Position numbers and translations under genes: made by a program. The notes under the pieces were generated by a model. It searched no databases. It had not been told where the DNA came from and saw only the letters and a list, made by a program, of their open reading frames with translations. From Basidiobolus meristosporus CBS 931.73 (lineage: Eukaryota; Fungi; Basidiobolomycota): a stretch of DNA of 64,000 nt. How positions within the stretch are numbered: the first letter of the stretch is position 1; every line of letters begins with the position of its first letter. Location of the stretch: the NCBI GenBank assembly GCA_002104905.1, contig MCFE01000101.1:108276-172275 (forward strand), in the 5' to 3' direction. Below are positions 1 to 11,811 of the stretch, piece by piece.

Positions 1-1338
1 TCGCGAAGCCGTCGATCAGGGCGCCGTATGTGACCTGGTTCGGAGTAATCCCAGCCTTTCGCATCTCCTCGAATATACCCACCGCAGTCTTGAGGTCGGA
101 GCTCTTTGCATACAGATCGATCATGGAGGTGTAGATGTAAACGTTGGGCTTCAGCTCTTGTGAGGCCATCAACTTGCAGATAGTCGAGATCCCCGAGGTC
201 CCGTACTTCTGCTCAAACGCCTGGATAATGACATTGTAGTAGTGGAGGTTTCGGGACATCTTTGAGGCGTTGATCATCTCGAAGATTCTAAGCGCCTCGT
301 CGTACTGATAGTAATCCACCATGACCTTGGTGATGATGCTGAATGCCTGCATGTCGGGAACAAGGCCGGTGCGCATCATCCTATTGAACAGCTTCATCAC
401 GTTCTTGTAGTTCCCCGTAGCTCCATAGGTCTGCATCAGCAAACTGTAGGCTTTGACGTCTGGGGTGATCCCGAAATGCTGCATTCGTTCGAATGTGTGG
501 ATACATCCAGGCTGGTCAGCCCCCTTATGATACGCCTTCATCAGCTCGGTGAAGATGGCGATGTTGGGCTTCACGTCAGCATGAAGCATGTCTGAGAACA
601 AGGCCTGCGCCTCCTTGTACCTTCCGTGCTTGGCGAAGTGAGCCACGCCCAGAAAGTAGAGAAAGGAGTATGGCTTGGTCACGCTACCAATGATCTTACG
701 GACCTCCTCCAGTGAGGCCGCATCCTGGCCAAGCGCCTTGTGCAGCTCAGCGTAAGCGGTGATGTCACTTCCCGAATCAAAGGAGCTCAACGAGGATATC
801 AACGTTTGTGCGTAACTCCCTTGCGAGTTTTCCTCCAGCCTTGTGACCAGTACGTGGATAGTCTTCGCGTTGGGGGTCAGCCCGCTCTTGACCATCTTTT
901 GGATCAACTCCAAAGCCAGTTCGAACTTCTTTTGGTGGCAGGCTTTTTCAATGACCATCGAGTAGGCCTTCTTCTTGTTCTCAAATATGTATGGCAACAG
1001 TGCTAGCATCTTCGAAAGGTTCGCCGGGTCACGGACTTTGTGCAGTAAGGACAGGAGTTGGAGCTGGATACTAGATGGAATCTTTGCCCAGTTGGAGGGC
1101 TGTGTTCTGGACAGAAGCACCCATGAATGAAACAAATCTTGTCGACCTATATAGACGGACAGCAGCTCAAGAGACAGGTTGGAGGAACCCGGAGGTTTGT
1201 CTGTCCCGCGGGAATGATTGTGCTGGAAATGCAGGAAGAATACTGCACTGTTCGAGGAATTGCAGGAAGCACTCTTGCTTGCCTAGAAGAGCACAGGATT
1301 ATCTGGCACCCGAACTTCCTGAGGTTCGAAGGAAGCAT
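1..1338 (-). CDS. Pentatricopeptide-repeat (PPR) protein, probably mitochondrial; 3' end runs off the window, 5' end uncertain
   Basis: Manual minus-strand translation is open from about 1283 to the window edge and contains 35-aa PPR repeats (e.g. KPNVYIYTSMIDLYAKSSDLKTAVGIFEEMRKAGITPNQVTYGALIDGFA; PDVKAYSLLMQTYGATGNYKNVMKLFNRMMRTG). It is missing from the ORF track because it has no stop in the window. ATG 1338 is in a different frame from the repeats. Confidence 0.85.
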
Positions 1339-1589
1339 CTGACAGAGGACTGATGAGGGGGCTCGAGGATACGGTGGCGATTAGTGGGTACTACGGCTCG
1401 AGAAGTGGAATGGTGTGTGCTGGAAACCCCAGCGGAACTACTAAAAAAAGGATTTTCGTGATAGACTGCAATCTAATCACCCGGAAAAATGTGGGGTGTG
1501 TGTCGGGCGCTTGGCTACCGGGATGGCGGGTTAAAATTTTTTCAATTCATTCAAAATCGACCGCCATTTCCGCCTCTCTATCCTCAACC

Positions 1590-1947
1590 ATGTCCAAAGC
1601 CTTCCTCCACGCTACACAATCCATCAAGAGCGTTGCTCAAGCTCGCTCCATCATTCGCCAGGTCGAGTCCAAGTTCGGCCAGGTCAGCGACTATCAATTT
1701 TTGAGAGTAAGTGGCTCACGAAGTCAATTGGCTTGCCATGTTCCCCGCTAACCCGTTTATTCTCAAGTGCCCCATCACTCACGTATACAACGGTCAAGCA
1801 TTCGTGGAGTTCAAGAACCCTAGCTCAGCTGAGACTGCCGCCGCTGCTGGAACACAGAAGTTGGAGAACATCGAGTACAACCTTATCCAGCGTGAGGTTC
1901 TACGTCCCAAAGCTCCGGAAACCCCCGAGCCTACACCAAGCTCTTGA
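1590..1947 (+). CDS. Small (~98 aa) RRM-like protein, 2 exons
   Basis: ATG 1590 (MSKAFLHATQSIKSVAQARSIIRQVESKFGQVSDYQFLR). Intron 1707-1767 (GTAAGT...GCTAAC...AAG) joins in frame to CPITHVYNGQAFVEFKNPSSAETAA, where GQAFVEF is RNP1-like. TGA at 1945-1947. Confidence 0.6.
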
Positions 1948-2305
1948 ATATCACTTTTCGCATTCATGCCATAATTCACAGCTGCCAGTATTTAGAAGTT
2001 TCATGGCAGTCCTCGAGAATCAAAAAAGTCCTCTATCCATCCCATGTATCATTATTCTCACCTAAGTGGAGGTCAATAAATGTTCCTTGACATGAGCAAT
2101 GCGTTTGGTAGCACGGCATTTCGGAATCCATGTGACATGCGAATCCGTGGGTTTTATTCAGGAAGTTAAGCAGAATCCACGGGCTACGTGACTAATTGCA
2201 TTACGAAAATCCCATTTCAGTATGAATTTCACCTTGGACACCTACTCGAGTTAAGGTTTTCTCTACTAGTTTATCGTCTACGAACCCGACCCTCTTCCGC
2301 ATAAA

Positions 2306-5300
2306 ATGGCCACCTCCCCCTCAATAAATACAGAGAACCAAGGGAAATTGTTGGAAGATGCGCTGAACATAGTCAAGGTCCAATCCTTCCAGATGAAAAA
2401 ATGCTTGGTATGTATTGTCACCACTGGCGTTCCCCTTGAGATAGTCACACACGCGTGGAAAGCCGAGTACTCTTTGTTTTACGGAGTTGTTCTGCGTGTG
2501 ACTATCCCAAAAACAGAAGGCCTTACTAAGAAACCGGTTGCCCCGCTTTACTAACTGCCGCCTCACCGTTTTTTAGGACGGAAATAAATTGATGGATGCG
2601 CTTAAGCATTGCTCCACCATGTTGGCGGAGCTACGGACTTCCTCTCTGACCCCCAAGAACTACTATGAATTGTGTACGTCGTTTGCAGTTGCTATTCTGA
2701 AATCACCGTGTCCGCTGATCGATTTCTCTTGTCCTTATTGGGAAACCTACAGACATGGCTATCTTTGACTCTCTGCGCCACTTGACCACTTTCTTATACG
2801 AGGCTCATACCTCCAATCGCCACCATCTGGCTGAACTATATGAGCTGGTGCAATATGCTGGGAACATTATCCCTCGTCTCTATCTGATGATCACCGTAGG
2901 AAGTGTTTACATGAGTGTCGAAGATGCGCCAGTCAAGGAGATCATGAAAGATATGATGGAAATGACCCGAGGTGTCCAGCACCCCACCAGAGGCTTGTTT
3001 CTTAGATATTACCTCGGAGGAGTGACTCGGGACTCGCTTCCTACCGGAGATAGCGAAGGGTAAGCCATCCTTAGCAATGGCGCCATTGGTTTACCGTCAA
3101 CAGAACTGACCTCTCTCTCAACATTAGCCCCGAGGGGAATCTGAGCGATTCGGTCCAATTCACCCTCACCAACTTCATGGAGATGAACAAACTTTGGGTC
3201 CGTCTCCAGCACCAGGGCCATTCCCGTGAAAGAGAGAAGAGAGAGATGGAAAGAAAGGAGCTCAAGATCCTTATCGGAAGTAATCTGGTCAAACTCAGCC
3301 AGCTGGATGGAGTCAACCTAGTCATGTACCAAGAGGTAAGGCACAATCACGGCCACCGTCGCTTCAAGATTGACTTAATCTTGCCCCGCTCTAGACCATC
3401 CTTCCTGGAATCCTTGAGCAGGTTGTAAGCTGCAAGGACCTGATCGCCCAGGAGTATCTTATGGAGGCCATCATCCAAGTAGGGCACCTTCGGGCTTTCT
3501 GACCTCGATCATGCACTAAACCGATAACAGGTATTCGAGGATGACTTTCATCTGCGCACGCTGGATCAACTGCTTTCGGCACTTGCGAAACTGAATCCCC
3601 GAGTCAGCGTGAAGCAAATCGTCATCTCCCTGATCGATCGACTGGCCGCCTACGCCGCTAGAGAGGCCGAGAACGGAGACGAGGTGGACGAGAATGGAGT
3701 GAAGCGGGTTCGGGGGATCCCGGAGGATGTGAAGCTATTCGAGGTTTTCTGGGAGCAAATCGTCGAGCTCGTCAAGGTAAGCGAATACACCAGTACAGCA
3801 TCAGCGTGGCCATCCGATCAACCCACGAATCTAGGCTCGCCCAGATATCTCCATCCAAGACATCACCGCATTGCTGGTCTCTCTGGTCAACCTGTCGCTG
3901 AGCTGCTATCCTGAGCAATTGAGCTACGTTGACCAGATCATCGGCTACACCAAGGAGAAGATGGTGGAGTATGAGGAGAGGTAACCCAATCGCCACTACA
4001 TTGCTTATCCCAGCCATAGCCGTACTAAACCCTCTATTTGCCTCCCTATCGTCGCCTTCACAAGCCCTGACCTGCATACCGCCAACACCACCTCCAGCCT
4101 ATTGTCGATTCTCTTGTCTCCCGTCAACTCCTACTCATCGGTTCTTACCCTGCTCTCCCTCAGCAACTACCAGTCGTTGCTTGATCTGCAGCCGTATGCA
4201 ACCCGCCGTTCAGTGGCCCATGCTATTGTTACTAGTATCTTGAAAAATGAGACAATCATCAGTACCCCGGAGGAAGTGAACGGCATCCTTGATTTATGTA
4301 AGGTCCTTGTGAAAGACCAGAAGGACGCAACCGCGAGCTCTGTTGATGAGGACGTTATTGAAGAGCAAGGATGGGTCGCCCGAATGATTCATTTGTTCCG
4401 CAACGAGGACCCGGACGAACAAATCATGGTATTCCCCCCCCCTCCTCGCGTCGTTTCACTTCCCCACTTGCTCACTCAAACGATTCACTTTCGCAGTTAT
4501 TGTTGGCGGCCAGAAAGCAATTCGGAGAGGGAGGAGATCGCATTCGGTTCACGTTCCCCTCGATGATCATCGAGGCGGTGAAGCTTGCCCGAAAATACAA
4601 CGCCCTCGAAACCAAGGTAAGGACCAGAAAGACACCTGGAGAAGCCAGGGCTGACCGTGTTTTTGGACCGCTAGGACGACGAATGGAGGAAGAAGTGCAC
4701 CACTTTATTCAAATTCATCCATCAGCTCATCGCAATCCTCTACAACAAGGCGGAGTGCCATGATTTGTCGCTGCGACTCTTCCTTCTCGCTGCCCAGTCA
4801 GCTGATGAGTGTGGCTTCGAGGAGATCGCCTACGAATTCTTTGTCCAGGCCTTCTCTGTCTACGAAGACTCCATCTCGGAATCCAAGGCCCAGTTCCAGG
4901 CCATCACGCTCATTGTGGGCACGTTACAATCCAGCAAGGTGTTCAATGCGGAGGACTACGACACCTTGATCACCAAATGTGTGGTCCATGGTGGAAAGTT
5001 GCTCAAGAAACCTGATCAATGCCGCGCGGTCTATCATTGCGCCCATCTCTTTTGGGGAACCGAGATCAACGGCAAAGAAGGCAGCGGAGAGGAAGAGATG
5101 TATCGCAATGGCAAGCGAGTACTTGAAACATTGCAGCGGGCACTCAAGATCGCCGATTCTTGCTTGGACTCCGTCACAAATGTCGAGTTGTTCGTAGAAA
5201 TACTGAACCGGTACATGTACTTCTTCGAACGACAGGTGGATGAGGTAGGCGATGGATGAATTCTAATGCCAAGCCATATGGCCCTAACCCTTTTACGCAC

Positions 5301-5558
5301 CGCTCCCAGGTCACATCCAAGCATTTGAATGGAATTATCGACTTGATCAACAGCAACATCACCAACATGGAAGGTGACAACCTGCCAAAAACCAGCAATT
5401 CTTCCGCTTTGGTCACGCCGGAAGGGAACCCCATCGACTTTATTCTCAAGCACTTCAAGCTATCTCTGATCCATCTGCAGCACAAAAAAGAGTTAGCAGC
5501 GAGTGCCGAGGTGTCACAAAGATACGATGAGATCGACGCCTCCATCACCATTCATTAA
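2306..5558 (+). CDS. VPS35: Retromer subunit Vps35, multi-exon
   Basis: Exons encode [63 protein letters not shown] and [20 protein letters not shown], separated by canonical introns. Confidence 0.95.
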
Positions 5559-5890
5559 ACCGCCTCGCCTCGCATCCATCCCATCTCCATTCCCTCCATC
5601 ACCATTCCCATGTCCAAAGCTGAAGTAGCCCATGTTTTTGTCACTAATTGTCGGTTATTTTATTGTACGAAGAAAAGTAAAGTATTTCAGTATAAACGGA
5701 GAGGAGAGTGTTGGATATCTTATAAATGTGTACAGCCGTTCGATGATATGTTAATCTCGCTCTGGCACCTGGACGCTGGCGCCAGAATCACATGCGCAAC
5801 CTACAACAAAAAATGTTACAGAGCACAGTCCGTCACTAGCGGACCGAAGTGATCGGCATTAGTCGACCGAGATCGAGCTCGGCTCGACCC

Positions 5891-7261
5891 TCAGTGCTTC
5901 TCGATCTTATCCTCCTCACCAAGCTCCAGCGACTGCACCTCACTGATCTCCAGGGCGTGACCGGCGTCCACTCGGAATTCTCTCTCCCATTTGGCGACCA
6001 CAACAGTGGCGATACAGTTACCGATCAGGTTCACGGTGGTTCTCCCCATATCCATCAGCGCATCGATGCCAAGAATCAAGGCAATCGAGGCTTCAGGAAG
6101 GTTGAAACTCTTGACCGCACCTGAGAGGATAACGAGGGAGGCACGGGGAACAGCGGCCACTCCCTTACTGGTCAGCATAAGAGTGAGCATCATGATGATT
6201 TGCGTGCTGAAAGGCATGTCGATTCCTCCGACCTGAGCACAGAATACAGAAGCGATGGCCAGATACAAGGTAGTCCCGTCGAGATTGAAGGAGTACCCGG
6301 TCGGCATTACGAAGGCGATGATCTTGTGAGGCACGCCATAGGCTTCCATATTCTTCATAGCACGGGGTAGAGCGGCTTCCGAAGAGGAAGTAGAGAACGC
6401 GATCAGAGCTGGCTGGGCGATTGCTCGGAGCAGATCCGGGATTGGGACTCGGAGGATCAGGATAATGGGAACGAACACCAGCAGCATAAAGATGATCAAG
6501 GAAAGGTACAAGGTCCCCATCAGCTTACCGAGATCCACCAGGACCCCGATACCACTCTGTCCGATGGTATAGGCGATCGAGCAGCCAATCCCCACGGGGG
6601 CAAAGTTCATCACCAGCTCCGTTACTTTGAACATGATATCCGACAAGCTTTCCAACCAGTCGATCATGGTGACCTTGGATTTCCCGGGAGTCTTCATCAT
6701 GGCTACGGCGAACATGATGGAGCAGAAGACGATTTGCAACACCTCGTTGTTGGCAGCAGCCTCAAAGAAACTCTGGGGAACGATATGCTCCAGCTCATTC
6801 TGCCAGCTGAAGGTGTAGTTGGCCAGGTCCTGGGTGGCCGAGGTGTCTGCGTCTGCGGGAAGTGTAACCCCCACCCCTGGCTTCAACAGGTTGACCATGA
6901 TCAAGCCGACCACAAGAGCAAGCGTGGTGACTACCTCAAAGTACACAAGAGATTTGATGGCCAATCGACCAATCTGCTTCATGTCATCGCCATGCCCGGC
7001 AATTCCCACGGCCAACGTGGCGAAGATCAGGGGAACGATCAGGCACTTGATCATATACAAGAATATATTGGAGATGGGCTTCAGTTCCTTGGCGAAATCC
7101 GGCTGCAGCCACCCTAAGAGAATGCCAACCACCATGGAGACCATAATCCAAACGGTAAGGTTGAGTCTGGTCAAAAAGCGCCAGGCCAACACCAATGGGT
7201 TCTTGGTCGGCCTTTTCATGGGGGGTGCCTCGTGTGTAAGAGTGGTTGTAGGGGCGTGCAT
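5891..7261 (-). CDS. Dicarboxylate/amino acid:cation symporter (DAACS/SLC1, GltP-like), intronless
   Basis: 456-aa membrane ORF with the family motifs FSTSSSEAALP (HP1), GYSFNLDGT (TM7) and LILGIDALMDMGRTTVNLIGN (TM8). Confidence 0.9.
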   Translation of the reverse strand: MHAPTTTLTHEAPPMKRPTKNPLVLAWRFLTRLNLTVWIMVSMVVGILLGWLQPDFAKELKPISNIFLYMIKCLIVPLIFATLAVGIAGHGDDMKQIGRLAIKSLVYFEVVTTLALVVGLIMVNLLKPGVGVTLPADADTSATQDLANYTFSWQNELEHIVPQSFFEAAANNEVLQIVFCSIMFAVAMMKTPGKSKVTMIDWLESLSDIMFKVTELVMNFAPVGIGCSIAYTIGQSGIGVLVDLGKLMGTLYLSLIIFMLLVFVPIILILRVPIPDLLRAIAQPALIAFSTSSSEAALPRAMKNMEAYGVPHKIIAFVMPTGYSFNLDGTTLYLAIASVFCAQVGGIDMPFSTQIIMMLTLMLTSKGVAAVPRASLVILSGAVKSFNLPEASIALILGIDALMDMGRTTVNLIGNCIATVVVAKWEREFRVDAGHALEISEVQSLELGEEDKIEKH

Positions 7262-8273
7262 GACGAGGTTCTCTTAGCTTTGCGGCGGGTTTAACGATGG
7301 AGAAACTGGTGAGCCAAGCAGGATTTCCTTGGTGCTTTTATATTTTCCACGCCTTCTCACATGATCATCGGAGACGATATAACCTTAAGAAAATCCACTC
7401 TTCTTAGAAGCTTATGGCCTATTGCCATTTCCAGCCTAAGCCAAACTTTATCTTTAATGACTGCCGTGATGTCTAGAATGCCCATGTTATCAACTCCACA
7501 AACCCGCGTAATTTCTTTATCGATGCGCCTGCTCACTAGCAGATGGGATTGTCGCTTGCTTCCCAACCCTTCTGTTTGTTGGATGTTTCATACACCTTCT
7601 ACTGGCGTTTTTCCAAATTTACACCAACCTGCTACCGTGAGAACCCTCAAATGACTGAATTCCCGCTTCAGTTGGTGGTCAAATAGTGAGCAGGATTGTG
7701 GGAATTACTGAGCTCCACTTCCACGTTTGCGGTAAATGAACTGATAAAGGCCGTTTCACTACGTGCAAACCAACCTTAACCCTACACAACTGATATGCTG
7801 GCCAACTTTAGCAGGGCCTAGATTGAATTGGGACCCGAATTAAGCTTATCTTGATAAATAGGGTGAGGTCCTCGATTTGTTTAGATCGCCTCCTTATTTG
7901 GATTTCCCACTGGCAGCGTGAGGAGTGAATTGAATGGATTGCACGAAGTATCAGGTAATATGACGAAATCTTCCTTGGTAGCAGTAAATCACAATACAAG
8001 AATACCCTTTCGGTTACCGCTCGTTGAATCACTAGTAGGTAGCAGTGAATAAACCTCCACAAGTGCCGATTACAATCGAGTTGTTGCCATACACCAAGCA
8101 ACCAAACTTGACGGAAGCTAGATACCCTAGACACTAGATACCCCAAATTTCTTATCCCATCAAACCCTCCCTGCTACGCCAATTAAAAGATTAATCGAGA
8201 CAGAGGAATGATTCATTTCGACCATTGTGGCTTTCTTTTTGTTGGCTTTTGTAAAGCGATTAAGCGTGGAATT

Positions 8274-8600
8274 CTATCCACCTTTACCAGGGGTAACAAC
8301 CACAGTTTCGAAACCACCCGTGCTACTCTTCGCAGCTTCCACTGCTTCGTTTATGTGGTCAAGATCATACTTGCCGACGATCTCGATCCAGTCGGTAGAA
8401 GCAAGACCTACTTCCAGCATGCTTATCATGGATTCGATGGCCGTACGAGGAAACATGAAGCACCCTTGATAGTAAGTTGGTTCATCATGACATGGTAGTA
8501 TGGAAAATCAAGGCACCAAAAGAGTCACTCATGAGAATAATTTTCCGCGACGACGTAAAGAAAGCAATGCAGCTCGGATAATGGCTTATATACGGACCAT
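8274..8600 (-). pseudogene. Frameshifted C-terminal remnant of a zinc-binding/MDR alcohol dehydrogenase-like gene; faint traces may extend to about 9250
   Basis: Correcting three single-base deletions in short runs gives IIRAALLSLRRRGKIILMSDSFGALDFPYYHVMMNQLTIKGCFMFPR...KYDLDHINEAVEAAK, which resembles the C-terminus of fungal MDR dehydrogenases. Match is from recalled motifs only. Confidence 0.5.
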
Positions 8601-9878
8601 TACTTTACAATAGAAGAATACTCGGTCCTCGGTTGAATCACCCAAAGCTACGTGAACCGTCCAAGCACTGTATCGAGACTGAACCTGAACGGCAATATTA
8701 TCTGTGCTATTAGAGATCACTAGAAGGCAAGAAGTGACCTGCGAATAAATGCAGTCTCACTTTGATGAAGAGTGTGATTGGCACACCTTAATGGTCGTAT
8801 GCTACGAAAGTGGTTCACACTTCATGAATCATCCCAGAATTTGATGGATTACGGTCATTAGATGGCAAACCGCCATACTGCAGACCTTACAACTCGCCGT
8901 GTCATGGAATAATCGGGAATCTGGGAACCCAATAAAATGCACCACAGAAATTCACCATTTTCGCCATTTTCAGGCTGCTCCGTGCTTGGCTTTATAGCAA
9001 TGGACGCATCAACAGAGCAGCCTTGATTCTTGATGGAGATAGAAAGAGCTCGGGTATCTACCTCAGCGGCTCTGCGTTGGTTTAGGGAATGTGGAGTGAA
9101 GAGCAGCCCAATGGCGGAGTGTGCCACAGCATCTTCGATCGTAATGTGGTACAACGATGGCTTTATTACGAGATGATACGGCAGAACACGGCGACCCTAC
9201 TTCCAACATGAACGCGGTCGCAGTGATCTTTCCAACAATCAATCGGTCCAACTTGAACTAATTACGATTGATCAGTCGTGGGTGATTGATCGGTAATACA
9301 AGTGTTTTGTTTAATGGGATACACATCTGGTCAGTATACGGCACAAGTCAATGATCACCTGGTCAGCTGAGGGAAGGTCACCAAACCCCTACGCCAATCA
9401 GGAAAAGCACGCATCGGGTATTCGGCTCATGTCACATTCTATCGATAAGAAGTTATATATATATATTGATATTGGAATCACTATGCGCACAGCAAGATTG
9501 TGAAAAAAAGCAAAAAAGCATGCATTGATTCTCCTTACAATCATATTTGTACATTACCTAATCCATCAAATCCGAGAGTCACAGCACAGGATACCGATAC
9601 CAGAAGCGAGAGCTGGTTTAGTCCATGAATGATCTAATTGACGGAAAAACCAAGAATCAGTCATTATGGTTAGGTCAGGGTGGGATCGAAGGACTGCCTC
9701 ATGACTGCTTCAATATCGGGGTTTCCGTTTAAGGAATCAGGAGATATGTCGATAAGCGATTAGGGTTGGGATCGGTGTCTGGCCCAATGGCAGTGTTGGT
9801 GTACTTTGCTTGACATTTTCCATATCCATGCAGTAGCAGGTACAAAAGACGTATAAAACCTTGCCGTGGGCTCAGACG

Positions 9879-11569
9879 ATGGCCAGTTCAATGTCCTCCC
9901 AGCGAACACCGCAACTTTCTCCTGAAGTATGGTGTCAGGTGCTTGGTTATCTCCAAGATGACACCTATCAACTTCACTCATGCTGCCTGGTAAGTAGAAC
10001 ATGGTATTCACTGACCATGCCTCTACTTTGGTGTTCGCCAAACTTCACCACGCAAGAGAGCGTTGTGTCATTCGAGAAAGCAATCGACTCCAATCCATAC
10101 CGTAAGTACTTCCCCCGTTTGGCCACACCCGCACAAAACTAATCTTCCCCTCAGTGTCAACTCTGGTGAACCGGTTTGATTTGGCAGACTACAAGTCGGA
10201 GATCGTGGACAGGAACACTCGTTCAATGAAGCAATTCGCGAATTTGCGTTCCCTTCACCTTCCAGCATCCACCTCACTGGACTCCTTAGATCTAGACCAC
10301 ATGCAGCACCTCGAGGAGATCACCGACCTAAACGTCGAGTTGAGCATGCAGGGTCTGACACGCATGGCCACCATTTTGAGCTCGAAAAAATTCCAAAAAA
10401 TCGGGCTGACATTTCAGTCGGGAACTAGTCCCCTTGATCTGACCATTTTGTCGTCGATCCCTACTCTATCCAACGTTGTCTCGCTCAGTATGGCTTTTGG
10501 GTCGGACCTTGGTTTGGATCTGCTAAGGCATCTGCTCACCAAATTCCCCAATCTTGACAGCTTCGAGATCAACTCCAAGTACACACCCAGGTGCATCGTA
10601 GCGCTCTTGGCTGAAAGCTGCCCGAGGATCACCAAGCTTAGCCTAGGGACTTTCTCAGGTTTGGGGGAGGAGTATCTAGATGATCTCTGCAGGGATCTGG
10701 AACTTCACTACTCGAGACAGCTTCGGGAATTCTCCATCTACTTTTTCAATGACTGGCCGATCTATTCAGAGCGGTTTACCCGCAGCCTGTTCAAGTCGTT
10801 CTACAATGTTGAGACCCTAAGACTCTCGGGCATCAGGCTGAACAATGCCATCGTCCAAAACCTAGCCGAGTCTCTCTCGAGTAAGATCAAAACCCTAGAA
10901 CTGACCTGTGTCTCGTATCGGGATATCTTTGCGGATGAGCCATGGAGCAACCTGTTCGCCAGGGTCGGTCCTCGGTTGAAAAACCTCGTCCTGGTTCGGG
11001 GATGTTTACCACCAAACATCGGGAAATCCATCGCTCAGCACTGCCCAATTTTGGAAGACTTGACGCTCGCCTGTACCAACATCGCTGACGCCTCCGTTGC
11101 TTGGGTTGCTCAGACCTGTGGCCGTCGGCTCCGACACCTGGATGTCAGCGACACGAACATCACCAAGGTAGGATTGAGATACGTCTTCCAGTACTGCTCA
11201 GGACTCCAGAACCTTTCCCTCGCCAAGCTCTCTAGCCAGCTAGAGCTGGGGGGAGGGTTTGAGGTCTTTTTGGCCCAATATGGCCGCCAACTTCTACACC
11301 TCGATCTTTCTTTCCAGACCATTGGTGATCAACTGCTATATGCAATTGGCAGACACGCCAGGGGCTTACGCGAATTGGCTTTCACTGATCAACCGGGGAT
11401 CAATGACCATGCGGTCTCATCGGTGATGAGCAATTGCCGAAAGTTGAAGAGGCTCTCAGTGAGACGCTACTCAAGGACCTCGCATAGTATCTCACAGGAA
11501 ATGTTGGACACAGTTGACCAGCATTTTGTCCACATGGACCTATCACATAGAGATCCCAAGCGCTTTTAA
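9879..11569 (+). CDS. F-box / leucine-rich-repeat protein, 2 exons
   Basis: F-box LSPEVWCQVLGYLQ...LHSCCLVSRTWYSLTMPLLW, then intron 10102-10154 (GTAAGT...ACTAAT...CAG), then AMN1-type LRRs (CPILEDLTLACTNIAD, CGRRLRHLDVSDTNIT, CRKLKRLSV). ATG 9879 or 9891. Confidence 0.85.
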
Positions 11570-11651
11570 TCCCTGGAGTTCGTTGATTCGAACCTGCCAG
11601 ACACCTAGACTCCAGTGTAACTTGGAACTGTACCATATCCATATCCTATCC

Positions 11652-11750
11652 ATCAATCGAATAAATATGTATTGCACATCAATCGAATAAATATGTATTG
11701 CACATCCAGATCAATCGAATAAATATGTATTGCACATCCAGATCAATCGA
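11652..11750. repeat. Tandem repeat, about 3.3 copies of a 26/32-bp unit
   Basis: ATCAATCGAATAAATATGTATTGCAC(ATCCAG) x3 plus a partial copy, lying between the convergent F-box and folliculin 3' ends. Confidence 0.9.
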
Positions 11751-11811
11751 GCATTTATACATTAAATATCTTTCACATCCACATCAACTACCACGCGAAA
11801 CTGAGACTTTA

